Shown here one piece after another: positions 9,180-17,536 of a stretch of 46,861 nucleotides of DNA. The stretch comes from Cyanobacteriota bacterium (GTDB taxonomy: Bacteria; Cyanobacteriota; Cyanobacteriia; Cyanobacteriales; Xenococcaceae): assembly GCA_041165225.1 (NCBI GenBank), contig JBEANW010000534.1:1-46861 (forward strand), read 5' to 3'. How positions within the stretch are numbered: position 1 is the first letter of the stretch; each line of letters begins with the position of its first letter. The notes below the pieces were generated by a model that saw only the letters and a list, made by a program, of their open reading frames with translations, searched no databases and was not told the origin of the DNA. The position numbers and the translations under genes are program-made.

Positions 9180-9198
9180 TGTTCCTCGGAAGATAATT

Positions 9199-9807
9199 CT
9201 ACACAATCTTAGCTGTTGTTTTTTTGCTCCTTTCTTGCAAATCATGTCTGATTTCCTCCATAGATTTTGTTAAAATCCTGCCAGGATCCACTTTTCTACC
9301 ATCGGGTAAGGCACACTCATCATGTCCACAAATCATGTTCGGTTTAATCCCATGTAAAACCAGCCAATCTAATAGCCGTGTAAGTTCTCTTTCTTGTGCG
9401 GTGGTTGCCGGGTCCCACCACAATTTTTGTCCTTTGTAATCTCTCAGTACCGCTTCAGGTATCGCAGTCCCATTCCATGCTTCCTTGTGTTCGTTAAGTA
9501 GGCCCCACGATGCAAGCGAAATGGCAATAAAACAACGGTTAGGAGAGGCCTTATTCCATAAGGCTTTCCCTGCGTGATTTACCGCTAAGTTAAAGTAAGT
9601 TGTCTGGGTAGTTTTTCCATCTCGGTCGATAATTAAATGATAACCTAAATTTTGATTATTTTGAAGTGACTGGATAGCTCTTTTTACATTCCTATCGGCT
9701 AAATAATGAACACAAATACCCGTTGGCTCCATCTTGGCCACGCCCATTTTCAGGTCTGCCCTTAGCTCTGTTGAATAAGGATAAACATCGGGAAAATTAC
9801 CAGACAT
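9199..9807 (-). CDS. N-acetylmuramoyl-L-alanine amidase (Amidase_2) endolysin
   Basis: ICVHY, YHLIIDRDG, HAG, GHDE and RKVDPG zinc-amidase motifs; no signal peptide. Confidence 0.9.
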   Translation of the reverse strand: MSGNFPDVYPYSTELRADLKMGVAKMEPTGICVHYLADRNVKRAIQSLQNNQNLGYHLIIDRDGKTTQTTYFNLAVNHAGKALWNKASPNRCFIAISLASWGLLNEHKEAWNGTAIPEAVLRDYKGQKLWWDPATTAQERELTRLLDWLVLHGIKPNMICGHDECALPDGRKVDPGRILTKSMEEIRHDLQERSKKTTAKIV

Positions 9808-9973
9808 CTTTAGCCCCTTCCATCTCTTGAAGCCGTTGGTCCTGAGCGTCTAAAGCTTCAATTATTTGAAGCAAAGCCTCATTATGTTGGGATAACATTA
9901 GCGTCATCTCGTTCAACTTTAGCGCCCATGCTACAATCAATAAAGCAGTGATAGCCCAGCTTAATTGTCGCAT
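9797..9973 (-). CDS. Single-TM coiled-coil protein, candidate holin/lysis accessory
   Basis: GAGG RBS; N-terminal TM segment then coiled coil; directly upstream of the amidase. Confidence 0.45.
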   Translation of the reverse strand: MRQLSWAITALLIVAWALKLNEMTLMLSQHNEALLQIIEALDAQDQRLQEMEGAKDVW

Positions 9974-10030
9974 GTTCACCTCTTTTATTTTGTTGTATTA
10001 ATCTACATTATAACATATGGAGCCCATTTT

Positions 10031-10246
10031 ATGTATCAATACAAGTTCAAATGTGATCTGTGCAATAATACCCACGAAAAAGATAATAACGGATTGCCCA
10101 AAGATTGGTGGTATCTTGAGATTTCTAGAGATCTTTACGGCGACAATTTTAAGATTTGTGTATGCAAGTTTTGTTTGCCTACTCCCGTAAAAAAGTCGGA
10201 TATCCAAGGTATTCTCCCATGGATACGCAAAAAGTTATGGTCTTAA
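10031..10246 (+). CDS. Small Zn-finger-like protein (CxxC...LPxxW...CxxC)
   Basis: GGAG RBS 8 nt before ATG 10031; CDLC and CKFC motifs; lone plus-strand gene. Confidence 0.65.
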   Translation: MYQYKFKCDLCNNTHEKDNNGLPKDWWYLEISRDLYGDNFKICVCKFCLPTPVKKSDIQGILPWIRKKLWS

Positions 10247-10284
10247 GACGCATTTATCATATTGTTTCACAGTGTTAACTTTTC

Positions 10285-10320
10285 GCAAACACTCCTTATT
10301 TATTCTATGGGAGTGTTTGC
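10285..10320. terminator. Hairpin between convergent genes (probable bidirectional terminator)
   Basis: GCAAACACTCC-N14-GGAGTGTTTGC, extendable with bulges. Confidence 0.6.
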
Positions 10321-10368
10321 ACGAAGATAACCAAATGATTATGAATAAAACCGTTAAATAAAACAATT

Positions 10369-11403
10369 TCATACGGGGTCTAGCTGGTCCGAGTCCTCGC
10401 ACCTTTGCCGGAAGTAGGCCCTGATTTCATCCCTTAACCTGATCGATCTATCGTCCCCGTGGTCGATCAATTGCCAAAGTCCCTGGCTGTCTCGCTTCAC
10501 ATCGACATACGGGTCGAACTGGTTTTTCTCCAATATTTTCCATCTGTTCCAATATTGGCGATCCCCTTTTTTTCCATGCCACTCATGGCAAATTACCCCT
10601 GGGACATAACCAATATTTTGTCTGATATGCTTGTCGGCTAATTTCTGCCAGGCAATAACGGCTCGTTTATATCCATCGGTAACCCCGCTTGGCAAACTTT
10701 CTTCAGCCCTAGAGATTAGACCTAGTGCCATGGCATGATCCCCCGCGCCCAATAAACCATATTCATATAATCCTACTCGCTCATAGGCGCTTCGCCGCCA
10801 GGCCCAAGCATACCCTGGATGCCAATAAACTTTTTTATCGGTTATACCGTATTGGCTTTTGTTCGTGAATCTTTTGGGATTCAACCTACCATCGCTGTTA
10901 AGCAATGGAGGGATTGTTTTGTTTTGGATTGTGTTTTGGTAACAATAATTAAAACCATAATTTTGGCCTACAATTGCAAGATCTGGGTAAGGTCCCATGT
11001 CTAGCGCGGTGGAGAACATCTGGACAACATCATAATGTTGGAGCTGCTGAACGGTTTCTTGCGCCCAGTCCATTCTTTGAAAGGTTAAGTCGGCATCGAC
11101 CAGAGCGACCCATTTCCAATCGGCGGGAAGTCTGTTGATCGCTGCCGCCAGGAAGTTTTCCTTGTGCCAGAGCTCGTGCCTTGTCCTGAGCTGCAAATGG
11201 TTGGGATTCTTTTCCTCGGTTATCTCAAACGGCCTATCCCCGAAAGCCACCTCCACAGTCATCAAGTTAACGCCAAAGCTCTTAATGTGAGCTTCAAATT
11301 TTCGGTAAAGATTGTACCGAGATTTGAAGCGAACCACGTTAGAAATCCCCGTGACAACCCAGAATTTATCTAGCGGCATCGGCGTTAAATCAGACTTAAA
11401 CAT
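10369..11403 (-). CDS. GT-A fold glycosyltransferase-like protein
   Basis: WHKEN..., LVDAD (DxD), HPGYAWA, GAGD and HEWHG motifs. Confidence 0.65.
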   Translation of the reverse strand: MFKSDLTPMPLDKFWVVTGISNVVRFKSRYNLYRKFEAHIKSFGVNLMTVEVAFGDRPFEITEEKNPNHLQLRTRHELWHKENFLAAAINRLPADWKWVALVDADLTFQRMDWAQETVQQLQHYDVVQMFSTALDMGPYPDLAIVGQNYGFNYCYQNTIQNKTIPPLLNSDGRLNPKRFTNKSQYGITDKKVYWHPGYAWAWRRSAYERVGLYEYGLLGAGDHAMALGLISRAEESLPSGVTDGYKRAVIAWQKLADKHIRQNIGYVPGVICHEWHGKKGDRQYWNRWKILEKNQFDPYVDVKRDSQGLWQLIDHGDDRSIRLRDEIRAYFRQRCEDSDQLDPV

Positions 11404-11407
11404 GGTT

Positions 11408-11572
11408 TTATTCTTCTTCTGTGAAAAGTCTTTTTTGCTCTTTCAAATCTTTTTTGATGATAGGTCTAGGTGGGAACCAAGTTGACGATGGTTTAGTATG
11501 CGTGAGACTTTCACCCGTCTTCATCTTTCGGAGAATTTCATCATTTTCAATTTTTCGACAATCTGTCTTCAT
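11408..11572 (-). CDS. Hypothetical protein, 54 aa, not in the ORF track
   Basis: MKTDCRKIEN...TEEE; fills the gap and ends 4 nt before the glycosyltransferase start. Confidence 0.45.
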   Translation of the reverse strand: MKTDCRKIENDEILRKMKTGESLTHTKPSSTWFPPRPIIKKDLKEQKRLFTEEE

Positions 11573-11614
11573 ATTGTACCCATGATTTATTTTTTTTGGA
11601 ATGGTTCTTAATTA

Positions 11615-11818
11615 TTAATTTATTACGCAGTAATTCCATAAATGGTCTACCGTGTAGCTCATAAACTTTTTGTGAGGTATGCAGGATTCACAAATATAAA
11701 AATGCAGTGTTTTTGCTTTTTTAGGCGTTAGCTTAATAGTAAATTCACTATTTTCAATGCCGCATATGTCACATAAAACAATGGAGTTAACCGAATCTTC
11801 ATTTTGATCTGATTTCAT
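11615..11818 (-). CDS. Small CxxC...CxxC protein
   Basis: AGGAG RBS; CDIC and CESC motifs. Confidence 0.6.
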   Translation of the reverse strand: MKSDQNEDSVNSIVLCDICGIENSEFTIKLTPKKAKTLHFYICESCIPHKKFMSYTVDHLWNYCVIN

Positions 11819-11838
11819 CGGTTAACTCCTAATTGTGA

Positions 11839-12015
11839 TTATCCTTCAGGATCTGGTACCATTACCGGCTTAAGGTTAGGAGAATGTTCCCCCTTAGCAA
11901 TCTGATAGATCTGATTCAAAACAACTTTAAGATACTCATGCTCATCAGCCGTGCCTTTATACTGTCTGCACACGGATTGGAGAGCGGTCATGGCTTGGTC
12001 TAGGTCGAATTTCAT
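11839..12015 (-). CDS. Small helical protein after the fibre genes (possible fibre chaperone), 58 aa, not in the ORF track
   Basis: MKFDLDQAMTALQSVCRQ...; starts 1 nt after the stop of the upstream fibre gene. Confidence 0.55.
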   Translation of the reverse strand: MKFDLDQAMTALQSVCRQYKGTADEHEYLKVVLNQIYQIAKGEHSPNLKPVMVPDPEG

Positions 12016-12016
12016 T

Positions 12017-12547
12017 TTAGGTTATCCTTGTGGCTTGGATAAATGAGTTAGTAGCATTAAAAATTCCGCTATTTAGAGTCGAAAAATCTATTCTACTCAA
12101 TAAATAAATTGTCGTAGAACCTGGAGGTAAATCAAAAATTCTTGGTGTTGTATAAAAATAAGAGTCGGTATTAATTGGTGGATTTGGAGGATATCCTTGA
12201 AAAAATCCTCCGGCAGTAGACAAATCAATACTCGAAGAATTTAGCGATAAAGACATTATAACTACGGTTAATCCTGATATTTGCGTACCAGAAACCGATA
12301 GTCTTGACACCCCCTCTACACGCCATCTTCCTCCACCTAACGAAATAGATCCTGTTTGGATAAAATTTCCACTAACTGGAGTTCCGCCAGTTCCAGCGTT
12401 TCTAATAACCTCCCCCACAAACCCCGCTGCCACAGCAGCTCCGCTAGTATTCCCTGGTAACCCACTCGCACTAACCTGCCCTGGACTAACGCCAGGAACC
12501 ACTATATTTTGGCCAAAAACCGTTGGCGTGAATGCTGAGTTTGACAT
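12017..12547 (-). CDS. Tail fibre tip-like protein
   Basis: GNTSGAAVAAGFVGE motif plus a beta-rich C-domain paralogous to the end of 13477-15150. Confidence 0.6.
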   Translation of the reverse strand: MSNSAFTPTVFGQNIVVPGVSPGQVSASGLPGNTSGAAVAAGFVGEVIRNAGTGGTPVSGNFIQTGSISLGGGRWRVEGVSRLSVSGTQISGLTVVIMSLSLNSSSIDLSTAGGFFQGYPPNPPINTDSYFYTTPRIFDLPPGSTTIYLLSRIDFSTLNSGIFNATNSFIQATRIT

Positions 12548-12558
12548 ATTTTTACCTT

Positions 12559-13209
12559 TCAATTTACTCTGATTAAATAGACTACGTTTATATAGTTTGG
12601 TTCTGTTGAAAATGCCGTGGTGGTTCCAGGCCCGTTCCCTGAGTTACCAGTGAAGTTTGGAAGGTCCACGTTATGGCTGTGATCAAGGTTCGCCGAGGTA
12701 TTGACACTGATACCTGTCGTTGCGCTGCTTGTTACGTTTGTATTAAAGAACGAGTTCAGAGCTGATGCCACGTTAGCGGCGTTTCCACCAACTCCATAAG
12801 CTGGGCAAACGTGAATATGTCCCGGATCGGTGATACCGTGTCCGTGAGTTGTGTTGGCCGACATACCCGTTGACGTTACGTTACCATGATCGTGGTCTAT
12901 AGTGTGAACATGTGGCGGAAGGTTGGCCGCTGCAATGGTACTTGTATTAGATCCACCCGTCCCACCATAAGTTGTCGAGCCTCTCAAATAAATGGAGCCT
13001 GACAAGTTCGGAGATGTTCCACTAACTGAGTTGCTTGCAGGTATCGCCGTTCCATCGGCTCTCATATAACCATTGCTCACCACACCCGATGCCGGAATAG
13101 CCATGGCACCCGTGAGCCCTGAGGTCATAGCGATAATTGCACCCAGAGGCACAACCCCTGGCGCATTTCCCGCTGCTTGAAAGTTACCTATAATATTTGT
13201 TGTTGCCAT
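12559..13209 (-). CDS. Tail collar / short tail fibre protein
   Basis: VPLGAII, GYMRADG, PNLSG.YLRG, repeated HxH metal motifs, C-terminal PNYINVVYLIRV. Confidence 0.8.
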   Translation of the reverse strand: MATTNIIGNFQAAGNAPGVVPLGAIIAMTSGLTGAMAIPASGVVSNGYMRADGTAIPASNSVSGTSPNLSGSIYLRGSTTYGGTGGSNTSTIAAANLPPHVHTIDHDHGNVTSTGMSANTTHGHGITDPGHIHVCPAYGVGGNAANVASALNSFFNTNVTSSATTGISVNTSANLDHSHNVDLPNFTGNSGNGPGTTTAFSTEPNYINVVYLIRVN

Positions 13210-13449
13210 TTATTTCACCTTTACTGCAAGTTTAATATCGGTTCCCGTTTGGCTTTCCATATTTTCTTTAACCGCTATCACCCAATCGACACCAAGTTTT
13301 AAAGAGTATTGATCCCAATTAGGGATGGTTTGAATCCCACCATTTTCGAGATAGAGAGCCATGGTGTTGCCTTCGAGTTTGTGGCCTATGACCTCTATTT
13401 TTTTCCAGAGGAATTTTTTGCGGTATTTGAAAATGTATTTTTTGTTCAT
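13210..13449 (-). CDS. Hypothetical protein
   Basis: 79 aa, in the tail operon. Confidence 0.6.
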   Translation of the reverse strand: MNKKYIFKYRKKFLWKKIEVIGHKLEGNTMALYLENGGIQTIPNWDQYSLKLGVDWVIAVKENMESQTGTDIKLAVKVK

Positions 13450-13476
13450 TAGGCGTTCTCTAGTGCTACGATCTTA

Positions 13477-15150
13477 TCAAACTCTGATTCCAGTTATTTT
13501 TCCTACCATTGTCCCTCCAGTTTGCGATGTATAGTAAACTGTTGCGCATATATAGATCGTCGTAGTTGTATTGAAACTATAAACCTGAGGTAAACAGATA
13601 CCACCTCCAGCTACCGCTCCACTTATGAATGTTCCCAAAACATTTGTTACGGCTGAATTATTGTCGAATCCATTGTTTGTATCAGAAAGATTTGTTGTTA
13701 TGTTGTTTATATTAACCCCTGGACCAGCATAGGCCGATCCAAAAGTTGCTGTGACGGTTCCGTAGATTAGCCATGTTCCTGCTGAAAAAGACTGCGATGC
13801 TATCGTTGTGGTAATACTGCTAGCACCCCATGCAACACTACCAACTATTGTAACAGAGGTTTTTTCGCCAACATACCCAGACGGAACTGAGCTTCCATCT
13901 TTCCTACCTACGATAAGGTTTCCGGGAAATGTTGCGTTAGCCGGATTGCCTAAGGTCCAAACTCCAACCCCATTACATAGAGCAAAATTAACCGTGGCTG
14001 CCCTATTCGCTACTTGTAAAGCTGTGTCGCCAGCAACTATTCCTGCCCTAAGGCTTAAACCGTTGCTGTTCCCTGCACTGGCCGAGGCATTTGTGGCCTG
14101 GATAATCGCAGTATAACCGCCTGTCGCATCACCTTGAATAGTATGTGGTCCAGAACTTCCGGCAGCAGGTCCAGCAGTTAAACCGCCAGCATTGCTCCAA
14201 CTTCCAATCTGAGTCGCTGAACTATTCTGTAAAACAAATCCGCCCGAGTCCTTAGCTTTCAACGTCGAAAACTGAACGAGAGTCGAATCAATCGACAAAG
14301 GAAGTGTCACGCCAACGGCAGGAGCATTGAGAGCAAAATTTATCTTGGCTGAAACGTATCCAGCAATGCTCGGTAGAGTAGCCTGAATGATTCCAGCACT
14401 CGTTACGGTGATCAAAAATCCCACGGGTGGTGTGTCACCGACATATTGCGGGGATATGTTATAATCCGTGGCCGCACCGTTCTTTGCGAAGGGAGCCGAC
14501 ACATAAAATTTAGAGTCGGTTGTTCCATCGATCTCAACCCACCCGGTCAACTCACCCGCTTGATATGCCGCAACGGATTGGACGTTCGTCACCGTGTTAT
14601 TGCCCAAGGCTATCTCAGTCCGAGCGTTCGAGCTCCCAACCACCGCACCCCGTGAGGATCGGACATAGATAACCGTGGTCGAAATGGCAACACCCACGGG
14701 TAAGGAAACATGGCCTATCACGGTTGGCTCGGTAATCGTGATCCCACCGGAAACCGTTGGGCTCAAGAAATAGGCTTCGCCAGCAGTTAGCCCTGTCAGC
14801 CCTGTTACCTTGCCTTCCAGCGTCGCTTCAAAAGTATTGGCATCAATCACTCGGGAAACCATCCCGATGATTTCAGAAGTGTTTGCGGCATTGGCAAGGG
14901 CTCTTGCGTAAGCTGTACCCGTATAATACAAAATTTCACCCACAGAAAAACCGTGAGCTGTCTGAATGATCTTATCTACTGTTCCACCTGCGCCAATTGC
15001 CGTTTCTAGCCCAGTAGAATCCTGAACTTGGAATGTACCACCACGGTTAATGAGTCTATGAGATCCGCTTGCAGGGTTTGCAATGCTCGATACTCCAACA
15101 TCTTTTAAAACCGTGGAATTAAACTTTGGATTTTGTCCTGTGTATGCCAT
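13477..15150 (-). CDS. Tail fibre / receptor-binding protein
   Basis: Gly/Ser/Thr/Ala-rich; HGFSVG...AGEAYFLS...VGVAIS module; GSSVPSGYVGE motif before the C-terminal domain; GAGG RBS. Confidence 0.75.
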   Translation of the reverse strand: MAYTGQNPKFNSTVLKDVGVSSIANPASGSHRLINRGGTFQVQDSTGLETAIGAGGTVDKIIQTAHGFSVGEILYYTGTAYARALANAANTSEIIGMVSRVIDANTFEATLEGKVTGLTGLTAGEAYFLSPTVSGGITITEPTVIGHVSLPVGVAISTTVIYVRSSRGAVVGSSNARTEIALGNNTVTNVQSVAAYQAGELTGWVEIDGTTDSKFYVSAPFAKNGAATDYNISPQYVGDTPPVGFLITVTSAGIIQATLPSIAGYVSAKINFALNAPAVGVTLPLSIDSTLVQFSTLKAKDSGGFVLQNSSATQIGSWSNAGGLTAGPAAGSSGPHTIQGDATGGYTAIIQATNASASAGNSNGLSLRAGIVAGDTALQVANRAATVNFALCNGVGVWTLGNPANATFPGNLIVGRKDGSSVPSGYVGEKTSVTIVGSVAWGASSITTTIASQSFSAGTWLIYGTVTATFGSAYAGPGVNINNITTNLSDTNNGFDNNSAVTNVLGTFISGAVAGGGICLPQVYSFNTTTTIYICATVYYTSQTGGTMVGKITGIRV

Positions 15151-15191
15151 GTGAGTTTCCTCATGCGTTGTTTACGTTTGGCTTTTACCTG

Positions 15192-15461
15192 CTATCTCAT
15201 AAGTATCGCCCCGACTAAAGCTTGCCCGGCTTTCAGGGATTCCATCGCTATCATCTTACATTCATCAGGGCTTAAATCGTTCAATTCCAATTGAATTTTA
15301 TCAGAGTCTTGAATGGCTTTTCTTGCTGCCAAAATAACTGGAGCAAACTTAGGAATATCAAACCAATCTAAGTCGCCATCTTTTTTTGACTCGGAGATAG
15401 CTTCAGCTATAACTAAAATCAAATCCACTAACTCTAGACTTTCTTTGATTCCTACACTCAC
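15192..15461 (-). CDS. Hypothetical phage protein
   Basis: 89 aa, helical, coupled to the upstream gene. Confidence 0.65.
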   Translation of the reverse strand: MSVGIKESLELVDLILVIAEAISESKKDGDLDWFDIPKFAPVILAARKAIQDSDKIQLELNDLSPDECKMIAMESLKAGQALVGAILMR

Positions 15462-15724
15462 AATTCACCCCTATTTTCATAGTTTTTTTCGAAATATTCT
15501 TTAGTTACTACCCAAGCCTCTTCATCGGAAATGATTACAACATCCCCTGGTTTTGCGCTTTGTTGTCCTGTTTCTGTTTTCAAAAGCATATTTACTTCTG
15601 CGATGAAACTCAAATGTTCTACTGGTTTTTTCATAACTTTGTGAGTAGCCCAACTTTTGATAAGTCTTAGACAGCTATCTTTATGGTTAACAAAGTCGAA
15701 TCTCAAATTTTCATCCAATTTCAT
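15458..15724 (-). CDS. PGDYG-like protein
   Basis: AKPGDVVII....W.V....F.K.YE pattern. Confidence 0.55.
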   Translation of the reverse strand: MKLDENLRFDFVNHKDSCLRLIKSWATHKVMKKPVEHLSFIAEVNMLLKTETGQQSAKPGDVVIISDEEAWVVTKEYFEKNYENRGEL

Positions 15725-15755
15725 TTATAAATTTTCTCGCAAATTTCTATTATGG

Positions 15756-16436
15756 TCATAAAACAAACCAATCCGTACCATCATTAATGAGTGTCCATGC
15801 TCCAAGATCATAATCTAAAACAAAACTAGCTGCTACGGTTTCTATTTTCTCTGATCCAGCTCTAACCAAGGTGATCGGGTTGGTAGAAGCTGAGCCCGTC
15901 TTGTCTTTTAACCATATTGGTTTCGTTGTCGATGCGGGGCTTGGGAGAGTTAGAGACCTCGCGGCGGAAGTATCAACCAAATGATATTTTCCTTCTTCCA
16001 GTGTCACCGGCCCAGAGACCACCTTCGTTACAAAATCAACTTTCTTGGAGTTGATGACTCCCTGAGTAAGAACAAGAGCAAGGTTTCTTGAAGCTCCAGA
16101 GCTGTTCGTAACGCGGATTCGAGTTGTGGTAAAGCTTGGAGTTGCTGCAATAGTAAATGAGGAAAGAGCTGGAGTAGAAGAGTCTGAAATAAGAGTCAAC
16201 TCTCCTGTCCCAGTATCTCTGAGGTAGAGGTCATATCGGAGATCTGCAAACGGGCATTTAAAGTTATGCTCAAAGTCTACGTTGGCAGCATTTGCCAAAG
16301 CATCTTGAGTGAAGAATCTGGAGTTAGTCATGTCTCCAATCTTCTCGTAGATATCTTCTATGGCTGTGTGCAATGCACTGCCGCCAGCATCACCCAAGGC
16401 AGGGTGAGTTAATTGTAATCTTGAAATAATTGCCAT
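15756..16436 (-). CDS. Virion structural protein (tail/fibre-associated)
   Basis: C-terminal VDTS....LTLP...KD..G.A.TNPIT...L..DGTDW beta-domain typical of fibre proteins. Confidence 0.65.
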   Translation of the reverse strand: MAIISRLQLTHPALGDAGGSALHTAIEDIYEKIGDMTNSRFFTQDALANAANVDFEHNFKCPFADLRYDLYLRDTGTGELTLISDSSTPALSSFTIAATPSFTTTRIRVTNSSGASRNLALVLTQGVINSKKVDFVTKVVSGPVTLEEGKYHLVDTSAARSLTLPSPASTTKPIWLKDKTGSASTNPITLVRAGSEKIETVAASFVLDYDLGAWTLINDGTDWFVL

Positions 16437-16439
16437 TAA

Positions 16440-16838
16440 TCACCTACCAAATGTTGCGTAATGAAATTTTTTGTCCTCTTTGGCTCTACCCATAATACGC
16501 TTTGATCCATCGATAAAAACTTTTATTTCCCTTTCTCTCGTGACCAAGCATAATCCGACATTATTGCTTACCAGCTTCAAGTCACCCTTAGGCCATCCAG
16601 GAGCCCCCGCCAATGCTAGCCATTTGAAGAGACAATAATCCCAGCCATCGCATTCGGCTAGCGTTTCTTCATCTCCACCGTTGATATGCTTTCCAATGAT
16701 TGAGGCCCTAATCAGGCCCTCTTTCATTTGACTATGTGCATTCTGGCTATTGTCCTCATAGGGTCTCAGCCAAAGACCCTTTTTAGTAGGATGGTTCAAA
16801 AACTCTAATTTCCAAGTTACTTTGTAAATTCGTTTCAT
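16440..16838 (-). CDS. Hypothetical protein
   Basis: Start reassigned to MKRIYK, just after the stop of the upstream gene. Confidence 0.65.
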   Translation of the reverse strand: MKRIYKVTWKLEFLNHPTKKGLWLRPYEDNSQNAHSQMKEGLIRASIIGKHINGGDEETLAECDGWDYCLFKWLALAGAPGWPKGDLKLVSNNVGLCLVTREREIKVFIDGSKRIMGRAKEDKKFHYATFGR

Positions 16839-16845
16839 TTTAACC

Positions 16846-17532
16846 TTAAGCCGTAAATGAGTAGGACCAAACAAGTTCCCATTGAAGGACCCCTCCGTCC
16901 GTTTCATCCTGGCGTAAATAGAATCTTGTTTTGATGTGAGCACGGTCGCCGAGCACTGTATCACCTGTTTTTCCCACGCGCCCGGCCACTGGAGTACCGG
17001 CATCGACTTCAGTACCACCGTTGTTTCTTGACATAGCATCGGCATGGATCAGGAAAGCCGTTGCAAGGTTCCTGCCTTCGCCCGTAGCAGCCCCGCCGTT
17101 GTCTCCGAATATCCTGACATTGGTTCCAATTCGAGCTGGCGCAAACTGGCTAGGCTGCGATACCTGCCAGTCCATATCGATATGGAAACCGTTGGCGAGT
17201 CCGTCAGCGTTGTTTGCGTTGGCTGAGTTCGAAGCATTTCCCATGTTTAATAGCTTGGTTATATCGGCTGTAGCTGAGTTAGCCCCACCATAGGTAAAGC
17301 CCGTACCAACACCATATTGTTGAGCGTATAAACTTAAATCTGTTATGGGGTCAATAACCGCATCGTGTTTAACGAATATCGATTGATAACCATCGTTACT
17401 TGGAATGTCTACAACAGGACTAAACTGTCCGTTAATTACTTGGCCTAGGTCAAGTCCAGTACCTCCCCCACTTAAACTATCGGCTAGAGCTCCACCCGTT
17501 AGGGTTTCAGAAATCGTTAAATTTACCGCCAT
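16846..17532 (-). CDS. Virion structural protein (tail tip region)
   Basis: Gly/Asp/Thr-rich beta protein in the tail operon; AGGAG RBS. Confidence 0.65.
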   Translation of the reverse strand: MAVNLTISETLTGGALADSLSGGGTGLDLGQVINGQFSPVVDIPSNDGYQSIFVKHDAVIDPITDLSLYAQQYGVGTGFTYGGANSATADITKLLNMGNASNSANANNADGLANGFHIDMDWQVSQPSQFAPARIGTNVRIFGDNGGAATGEGRNLATAFLIHADAMSRNNGGTEVDAGTPVAGRVGKTGDTVLGDRAHIKTRFYLRQDETDGGVLQWELVWSYSFTA

Positions 17533-17536
17533 TGTA

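Noticed and set aside
9998-10207. Minus-strand 69-aa ORF bridging the late and lysis genes
   Set aside because: The opposite-strand ORF has an RBS and paired CxxC motifs; this one has neither.
12017-15150. Diversity-generating retroelement or invertible tail-fibre shufflon
   Set aside because: No reverse transcriptase or invertase, no near-identical template/variable repeat, and no inverted crossover sites seen.
16839-17045. Long overlap of 16440-17045 with the upstream gene
   Set aside because: A start at 16838 removes the overlap; no evidence for dual coding.
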